Of a stretch of 12,200 bases of DNA, positions 6,402 through 12,200 are shown one piece after another (the stretch's first letter is position 1; each line of letters starts with the position of its first letter). Source of the DNA: Candidatus Bipolaricaulia bacterium (lineage in GTDB: Bacteria > Bipolaricaulota > Bipolaricaulia > JBHIAT01); NCBI GenBank assembly GCA_046758705.1, contig JBHIAT010000112.1, positions 1 to 12,200 of the forward strand, in the 5' to 3' direction. Made by a program: the position numbers and the translations under genes. The notes under the pieces are model-generated. The model did no database searches and was not told the DNA's origin. It saw only the letters and a program-made list of their open reading frames with translations.

Positions 6402-6865
6402 TGATGAGGAACAATAGCCTAATCGATAGCATTCGGAACGCGATCGACGGTCTCATCCATGCGGTCCGCACCCAGCGAACACTCGCCATCCAACTGGTCC
6501 TGGCGAGCATCGTCCTGGGGATCGCTCTGGGTTTGATCGGTCTCGAGCGCTTCGAACCGTGGCGGTTCGCCTTGCTCCTGTTCACTATCTTCTTCGTTCT
6601 GGGCAGCGAGCTGCTGAACACTTGCCTGGAGACGATCCTCGATCTCATCACCGAAGAGCATCACGCATGGGTGAAGAAGGCCAAGGATCTCTCAGCCGCT
6701 CTGGCACTTTGGGCGGCGGTGGGCTCCATGTTCATCGGGGTCGCTCTGTTCTGGGAGCCGCTCGGTATCCCGGTGGCGATCGGTCCGATCCTCATCACCG
6801 TCGGGGTCGTGTTGATCGTGCTGTTCGGGTTGCTCCTCCTGCTCGGACGACGGCTCCTCCGATAA
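6401..6865 (+). CDS. dgkA: Prokaryotic diacylglycerol/undecaprenol kinase family membrane protein
   Basis: SIRNAIDGL, ELLNTCLETILD and AKDLSAA motifs with hydrophobic helices. Start overlaps the guaB stop (TGATG); alternative ATG at 6404. Confidence 0.85.
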   Translation: MMRNNSLIDSIRNAIDGLIHAVRTQRTLAIQLVLASIVLGIALGLIGLERFEPWRFALLLFTIFFVLGSELLNTCLETILDLITEEHHAWVKKAKDLSAALALWAAVGSMFIGVALFWEPLGIPVAIGPILITVGVVLIVLFGLLLLLGRRLLR

Positions 6866-6878
6866 ATTGAGCGGTCCA

Positions 6879-6908
6879 TTGACACCTATACCGATCCACA
6901 AGTAATAT
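6879..6908 (+). promoter_or_regulatory. sigma70-type promoter for the ABC transporter-pro operon
   Basis: TTGACA (6879-6884), 18-nt spacer, TAATAT (6903-6908). Strong SD AAGGAGGGAGG at 6921-6931. Confidence 0.65.
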
Positions 6909-6936
6909 ATAAAAAATCCCAAGGAGGGAGGTTGCT

Positions 6937-7842
6937 ATGACAACTTTGTCAAATTTCGGAAAGCAACTCGTTCTTCTGACCCTGGCGTTGCTGCTGGTGA
7001 TCGGTGCCGCCCACCCGGTGTTCGCCAACGATCCACAGCTGGCACGGAGTTCGACGCTGGAGGTGATCCGGTCACGGGGGGTGCTGTTGGTCGGAACCGA
7101 TATCCCGTACACGCCGTTCGAGTTCAGAGATCAACAAGGACGACTGGTGGGTTTTGACATCGACGTCGCTCAGCTGATTGCCGATGAGATCGGGGTCGAT
7201 CTTGAGGCGGTGCCTACTGGCTTTGATGTCATCATTCCCGCCCTGAACACCAACAAGTTCGACATTATCATCTCCGGGATGACCCGGACGCTGAAGCGTG
7301 CGCTCCAGGTCAACTTCACCGATGGCTATCTGACCGCCGGACAGATCGCCATGGTCAACCGACGTAGGATGCCGAACGTCACCAGCTACGACCAATTCAA
7401 CCAAGCCGGGGTGGTAATAACCGTCCAGTTGGGAACGACCGGGGAGATCGCCGCGCGAAACAGCTTCCCCAACGCGACGATCAGAACCTTCGATAACGCT
7501 GAGGTGACAGTCTTAGAGGTGGTATTCGGACGGGCCGATGCGGTCATCTTCGATGACGTCTTCCTGCTGGCAGAGCTTCCCAAGTTCTCTGATCGAGTTT
7601 ACCTGTTCGACACCAGCGACCCGCTGACGAAGGAGATTCTGGGTCTGGCGATTCGCAAGGGGGATCCCGACTTCCTCACCTGGCTGAATCTGTTCTTAGA
7701 GCAGATCAGAACGACGATGTTGGTCGACGAAGAGTTCGTCGAGGCGTTCGACGTCGATTCCAGCTTCCTGGGGAAACCGGTCCACGACGCGCTGGTCCAC
7801 AAGTGGTTCGTCAGGTTCCCTGAAGAGGCGGTAGGAGGATAG
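6937..7842 (+). CDS. Polar amino acid ABC transporter substrate-binding protein (family 3)
   Basis: Signal peptide; VGTDIPYTPFEF, GFDIDVA, DIIISGMTRT..R, VNFTDGY, VQLGTTG, LAIRKGD, KWF. Confidence 0.92.
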   Translation: MTTLSNFGKQLVLLTLALLLVIGAAHPVFANDPQLARSSTLEVIRSRGVLLVGTDIPYTPFEFRDQQGRLVGFDIDVAQLIADEIGVDLEAVPTGFDVIIPALNTNKFDIIISGMTRTLKRALQVNFTDGYLTAGQIAMVNRRRMPNVTSYDQFNQAGVVITVQLGTTGEIAARNSFPNATIRTFDNAEVTVLEVVFGRADAVIFDDVFLLAELPKFSDRVYLFDTSDPLTKEILGLAIRKGDPDFLTWLNLFLEQIRTTMLVDEEFVEAFDVDSSFLGKPVHDALVHKWFVRFPEEAVGG

Positions 7843-7855
7843 ACACCTGAGGTCG

Positions 7856-7881
7856 GGCAGGGCGACACGTGTCGCCCTGCC
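7856..7881. repeat. Perfect 26-bp intercistronic palindrome (REP-like)
   Basis: GGCAGGGCGACAC|GTGTCGCCCTGCC, with no U-tract, between the binding-protein and permease genes. Confidence 0.75.
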
Positions 7882-7901
7882 TGCCTCACTCATAAAGCAC
7901 A

Positions 7902-8729
7902 ATGCAACGCAACAAAGTGATCGGTTTGCGACTGAAGCTGAAACAATCGAGCAGGTTCTATTACCTGTGGCGATTTATACGAGCTGCAGCCCTCATCGTC
8001 GCTATCTTATGGTTCATTTCCTATACGATCCAGCGATACTACATTTTCCATTGGCGGGAGCTGTGGGAGCTGCTCCCGCTCTTCCATCGTGGCCTGTCGC
8101 TCACCGTGGTGATCTCCGTGATCAGCATGGTCTTCTCCATCGGCTTGGGACTCATCATCGCGCTGGGACGACTGTCACGGTTCACCACCCTCTCGGACCT
8201 GTCGGCGGTCTATGTCCATTCATTTCGCAACCTACCCGCTCTGGTGGTCATTCTGCTGTTTTACTTCGGGATTGGAACGGCTATCCGTCTGGATCGGGTG
8301 GTGATCTTCGGCCTCCGAGTCCGTGAGGCGCTGCTCTGGGGGATCATCGCGCTCTCGTTCTTCGAAGCGGCGTTCATCGCCGAGATCTTCCGCGGCGGGA
8401 TCCGGTCGATCCACCGGGAACAGACAGAGGCGGCACGCTCTCTGGGGATGACCTATCTGCAGGCAATGCGCTATGTGATCCTGCCACAGGCATTTCGCAA
8501 CATCATCCCGCCGTTGACCGGAGAGTTGATTGCCCTGGTGAAGCAGTCGGCGCTGTTGATGGTGATCGGTGTTGAGGAGCTCACATTGGTTGTCAGACAG
8601 CTGATCTCCGGGCGAGGGATTGCCCTGGAAGCGTTCACGTTCCTCGCGCTCTACTATTTGATGCTGACCGTCCCATTGAGCATGTTCTCCCAGTACCTGG
8701 AGAGGAGGCTTGCCGTTGATCGAGGTTGA
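7902..8729 (+). CDS. Polar amino acid ABC transporter permease (HisM/GlnP family)
   Basis: YVHSFRNLP, AFIAEIFRGGIRSI, EAA loop QTEAARSLGMT, VILPQA. Confidence 0.93.
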   Translation: MQRNKVIGLRLKLKQSSRFYYLWRFIRAAALIVAILWFISYTIQRYYIFHWRELWELLPLFHRGLSLTVVISVISMVFSIGLGLIIALGRLSRFTTLSDLSAVYVHSFRNLPALVVILLFYFGIGTAIRLDRVVIFGLRVREALLWGIIALSFFEAAFIAEIFRGGIRSIHREQTEAARSLGMTYLQAMRYVILPQAFRNIIPPLTGELIALVKQSALLMVIGVEELTLVVRQLISGRGIALEAFTFLALYYLMLTVPLSMFSQYLERRLAVDRG

Positions 8730-8751
8730 AGTTGACCGCCGCAATGGAGCC

Positions 8752-9480
8752 ATGATCGAGATCGACGGGGTGCACAAGTGGTTCGGCGATCTACACGTGC
8801 TCGACGACGTCACGCTCGAAATCGCAGAGCAGGAGGTCGTGGTCATCTGCGGCGCCAGCGGCTCGGGAAAGAGCACGTTGTTGCGTTGTATCAACGGACT
8901 GGAGCCGATCCAGCGAGGGGAGATCCAGGTCGACGGTGCCTCCATCCACGACCCCAAGACCGACATCAACCAGGTGCGCCAGCAGATCGGTATCGTCTTC
9001 CAAAACTACAACCTTTTTCCCCATATGACGGCGCTGGAGAACGTCACCATCGCCCCGGTCAAAGTGAAGCGGATGAAGCGCAGCGAGGCGGAGGTGATCG
9101 CGCGCGACCTGTTAAATCGGGTCGGCATCCCAGAGAAAGAGCATGCCTACCCGGATCAGCTCTCCGGCGGTCAGCGCCAGCGAGTGGCGATCGCCCGTGC
9201 CCTGGCGATGGAGCCCAAGGTGATGCTCTTCGACGAGCCGACCTCGGCGCTCGATCCGGAGATGATCAAGGAGGTTCTCGATGCGATGCGAGATCTAGCC
9301 CGTGAAGGAATGACGATGATCGTAGTCACCCACGAGATGGGCTTCGCCCGTGAGGTCGCCGATCGCATCGCCTACATAGACCATGGCCAGATCATCGAGT
9401 GCCAGGATGCTGAAGGGTTTTTCGCACACCCACAGGCCGAGCGAACCAAGCAGTTCATCGACAAGATCCTCTCCGTGTGA
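8752..9480 (+). CDS. Polar amino acid ABC transporter ATP-binding protein (GlnQ family)
   Basis: Walker A GASGSGKST, signature LSGGQ, Walker B MLFDEPTSALD, VTHEMGFA. ATG 8752 follows SD GGAG. Confidence 0.95.
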   Translation: MIEIDGVHKWFGDLHVLDDVTLEIAEQEVVVICGASGSGKSTLLRCINGLEPIQRGEIQVDGASIHDPKTDINQVRQQIGIVFQNYNLFPHMTALENVTIAPVKVKRMKRSEAEVIARDLLNRVGIPEKEHAYPDQLSGGQRQRVAIARALAMEPKVMLFDEPTSALDPEMIKEVLDAMRDLAREGMTMIVVTHEMGFAREVADRIAYIDHGQIIECQDAEGFFAHPQAERTKQFIDKILSV

Positions 9481-9497
9481 CGGGAAGGCGGATCATC

Positions 9498-10661
9498 ATG
9501 AAAGGAATCGATCAGCGGCAGACCCTGATCAATCGGGTCCGCCGGATCGTTATCAAGGTGGGCTCCCGGGTGCTCACCCAGGAGGATATGACGCTCGACC
9601 AGGCGTTCTTCACCCGGTTCTGCGGCAAGTTAGCGGAGCTGAATCGGTCGGGGACCGAGGTGATCGTCGTCTCCTCCGGCGCGATCGCTGCCGGCCGCTC
9701 CCTGCTTGGTCTGAATGCACGCCCCAGGACGATTGCCGAGAGCCAGGCGACCGCCGCCGTCGGCCAGATTGAACTGATGCAGGCTTATAAAAGGTCGTTC
9801 GAAGCCTATGGACAACAGGTGGCTCAGGTGCTGCTCACCCACGCCGATCTGAGCGATCGCGGGCGGTTCCTGAACGCACGTCATACGCTGATGGTGCTGT
9901 TGGAACTCGGTGTCATCCCGCTCATCAACGAGAACGACACCGTCGCAGTTGAGGAGATTATGGTCGGGGACAACGACAACCTGTCGGCGATGGTGGCCAG
10001 TTTGGTCGGTGCGGATCTGCTCACCATCCTCTCCGACATCGACGGTCTCTACGACAGCGATCCCCAACGCAACCCGGACGCCCGGTTGATCCCGGTGATC
10101 GAAGAGGTCGCCGTCGAGGTGGTCGAGTACGGAGCCGATACCCCAAGCGACGTCGGAATCGGCGGGATGGTGACCAAGCTGGAGGCGGCGAGACGGGCTG
10201 CCTCCTATGGGATCTCCACGATCATCGCCAACGGGAAGGACCCGACGGCCCTGGATTGCCTGTTCGCCGGGGAGTCGATCGGCACGTTGATCTTGCCAAG
10301 TCGGGAGCGCCTCGGTGGACGCAAACACTGGATCGCTTATACCTTGAGGCCGGCCGGCTACATCACTGTCGACGACGGTGCCCGTCAGGCGATCGTGGAT
10401 GACGGCAAGAGTCTGCTGCCCTCCGGGATCGTCGCCGTCCGGGGCGAGTTCGGGATCGGCGATCCGGTGGAACTGGTCGATGGACAGGGGATCGCGTTCG
10501 CCCGCGGGCTGGTCTCCTACACCACCCGAGAAATCGATCGGATCAAAGGCCGACACTCATCTGAGATCGAGGCGACCCTGGGTTACCGGTATCAGGATGA
10601 GGTGATTCACCGAGATGATCTGGTGGTGCTGCAGGGGCTGGGATCAGGAAGGGATAAGTGA
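9498..10661 (+). CDS. proB: Glutamate 5-kinase with PUA domain
   Basis: [42 protein letters not shown] and PUA segment [12 protein letters not shown] 9498 follows GGAAGG; alternative GTG 9477 overlaps the upstream stop. Confidence 0.96.
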   Translation: MKGIDQRQTLINRVRRIVIKVGSRVLTQEDMTLDQAFFTRFCGKLAELNRSGTEVIVVSSGAIAAGRSLLGLNARPRTIAESQATAAVGQIELMQAYKRSFEAYGQQVAQVLLTHADLSDRGRFLNARHTLMVLLELGVIPLINENDTVAVEEIMVGDNDNLSAMVASLVGADLLTILSDIDGLYDSDPQRNPDARLIPVIEEVAVEVVEYGADTPSDVGIGGMVTKLEAARRAASYGISTIIANGKDPTALDCLFAGESIGTLILPSRERLGGRKHWIAYTLRPAGYITVDDGARQAIVDDGKSLLPSGIVAVRGEFGIGDPVELVDGQGIAFARGLVSYTTREIDRIKGRHSSEIEATLGYRYQDEVIHRDDLVVLQGLGSGRDK

Positions 10662-11920
10662 TGTCGATTCAACGGGAGATTCTGGAGATCGGGAGACGGG
10701 CGCGGGCGGCCGCCGGCGCGCTCGCCGGACTGCCGACCGAGGTTAAGGACCAGGCACTGCTGGTGATGGCCGAGCGCCTCAAGGAGAACAGCTCGGCGTT
10801 GCTGGCAGAGAACTGCAAAGACCTGGACGCGGCACAAGCCGAGGGATTGTCACCGGCCAAGCTCGATCGACTCAGGCTGGATGAGGATCGGATCGCGGGC
10901 ATGGCGGCCGGGCTGCGGGCGGTGGCACAGTTCCCCGATCCGGTCGGGGAGCTCACGAAGGTTCGCAGCCGGCGTGACGGGTTACAGGTCGGCCGAATGC
11001 GCATCCCCCTGGGGGTCATCGCGATGATCTATGAGGCACGCCCCAACGTGACCTGTGACGCAACCGGCCTGTGCGTCAAGAGCGGGAATGCCGTCATCCT
11101 GCGAGGCGGGAGCGAGGCGATCCGATCGAACCTGGCGATTGCTGAGCTGCTGAGGGAAGCGTGTCAGGAACAAGGATTGCCCCAAGATGCCCTCCAGGTG
11201 GTTCCGAGGACCGATCGGGCAGCCATCGACGCGCTGCTGGAGCTGGAGGATTATATCGACCTGGTCATCCCGCGCGGCGGGGAGGGGCTCATCCGTCGGG
11301 TGGCGGAGCGCTCGCGAATCCCGGTCCTCAAACACTATAAGGGCGTCTGCCATATCTTCGTCGACGCCTTCGTCGACCTGAAGATGGCCTATCAGCTCTG
11401 TCTCAACGCCAAGGTCCAGAGACCCGCCGTCTGCAACGCGATGGAGACGCTGCTCGTTCACCAGGAGATCGCCCCCCAATTCCTGCCTGAGATGGTCCGG
11501 CAGCTCCAGGAGGCCGGCGTGGAGATCCGCGGCTGTAAGCGAACCCGGGAGATCGCCAGTGGCGATGTCAAACAGGCGACCGAAGCGGACTGGACCGCCG
11601 AGTACCTCGACCTGATTTTGGCGGTGCGGGTCGTCTCCGATCTCGATGAGGCGATCGATCACATCACCCGCTACGGCTCGAACCACACCGATGCGATCAT
11701 CACTCGGGATTATGAGAACGCCCAAGCGTTTATGAGGCGGGTCGATTCGTCGGCGGTGATGGTCAACGCCTCGACCCGGCTGAACGACGGCGGCGAACTG
11801 GGGTTAGGGGCTGAGATCGGCATCAGCACCACCAAGCTGCACGCCTTCGGCCCGATGGGCCTGGAGGAGCTGACCACGCGAAAGTTCATCGTGCTCGGCA
11901 ACGGCCAGATCCGAAGTTGA
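10661..11920 (+). CDS. proA: Gamma-glutamyl phosphate reductase
   Basis: [28 protein letters not shown], catalytic [26 protein letters not shown]. Overlaps the proB stop (GTG 10658 or ATG 10661). Confidence 0.97.
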   Translation: MSIQREILEIGRRARAAAGALAGLPTEVKDQALLVMAERLKENSSALLAENCKDLDAAQAEGLSPAKLDRLRLDEDRIAGMAAGLRAVAQFPDPVGELTKVRSRRDGLQVGRMRIPLGVIAMIYEARPNVTCDATGLCVKSGNAVILRGGSEAIRSNLAIAELLREACQEQGLPQDALQVVPRTDRAAIDALLELEDYIDLVIPRGGEGLIRRVAERSRIPVLKHYKGVCHIFVDAFVDLKMAYQLCLNAKVQRPAVCNAMETLLVHQEIAPQFLPEMVRQLQEAGVEIRGCKRTREIASGDVKQATEADWTAEYLDLILAVRVVSDLDEAIDHITRYGSNHTDAIITRDYENAQAFMRRVDSSAVMVNASTRLNDGGELGLGAEIGISTTKLHAFGPMGLEELTTRKFIVLGNGQIRS

Positions 11921-11928
11921 ACCGAACG

Positions 11929-12200
11929 ATGGAGGCTATCCGGGTGCTGATCCTGAGTCGGGAAGACCTGGTCGGGTTGCTCGAGGTGCGCGAGGTCATC
12001 GAGGCGCTTCGCGAGGTTTTTCACGCTTATCATGAGGGGCTTACAGAGGTCCCCCTGCGTATCCCGATTCAGGTGGAGCCAGGAAGCGACGTCCTGTATA
12101 TGCCCGCCCTGCTGAACGAGTTTCGCGGAGGGAAGGTGCTGGGGGAGAAGGTCGTCTCCGTCTTCGGCCGGAATCCCGAACGAGGCCTGCCGCTCATCCA
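11929..12200 (+). CDS. Ornithine cyclodeaminase/mu-crystallin family protein, N-terminal part (runs off window end)
   Basis: From ATG 11929: MEAIRVLILSREDLVGLLEVREVIEALREVF...VPLR...LYMPA...GEKVVSVFGRNPERGLPLI, the typical OCD-family N-terminal pattern. Not in the ORF track. Confidence 0.85.
   Translation, partial: MEAIRVLILSREDLVGLLEVREVIEALREVFHAYHEGLTEVPLRIPIQVEPGSDVLYMPALLNEFRGGKVLGEKVVSVFGRNPERGLPLI

Noticed and set aside
6895-6920. Possible ArgR box in the AT-rich stretch before the transporter
   Set aside because: Lacks the TGAAT/ATTCA core; AT richness is explained by the -10 region.
9630-11725. Long antisense ORFs (9630-10556, 10982-11725; similarly 4842-5570 and 8232-8969)
   Set aside because: Shadow frames of well-supported GC-rich genes, with no motifs of their own.

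Overview
A GC-rich bacterial chromosomal window with mostly housekeeping genes and one accessory regulatory module. From left to right: the 5' end of fabF (- strand) diverges from a + strand unit spoVG, tRNA-Gln(UUG), rnc, tRNA-Arg(CCU), a PLP-dependent Thr/Ser dehydratase and an HD-domain protein. A - strand module follows, with a SigB/SigF/SigG-family sigma factor gene, a hairpin and a ~280-nt structured leader ahead of a 175-aa orphan exported protein. The leader holds a canonical c-di-GMP-I (GEMM) aptamer, a second variant GEMM-like aptamer with A at the ligand-specificity position, and an SD-sequestering platform. Next come guaB-dgkA and a probable operon of a polar amino acid ABC transporter, proB, proA and an ornithine cyclodeaminase/mu-crystallin family gene cut by the window end. 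The most notable observations are the tandem mixed riboswitch, a SigB/F-like promoter motif shared by the sigma gene and the leader, AU-rich repeats able to enclose tRNA-Arg in nested helices at the end of rnc, and an OCD-family gene where proC might be expected. All structures and motifs were read by eye; no searches or folding programs were run.
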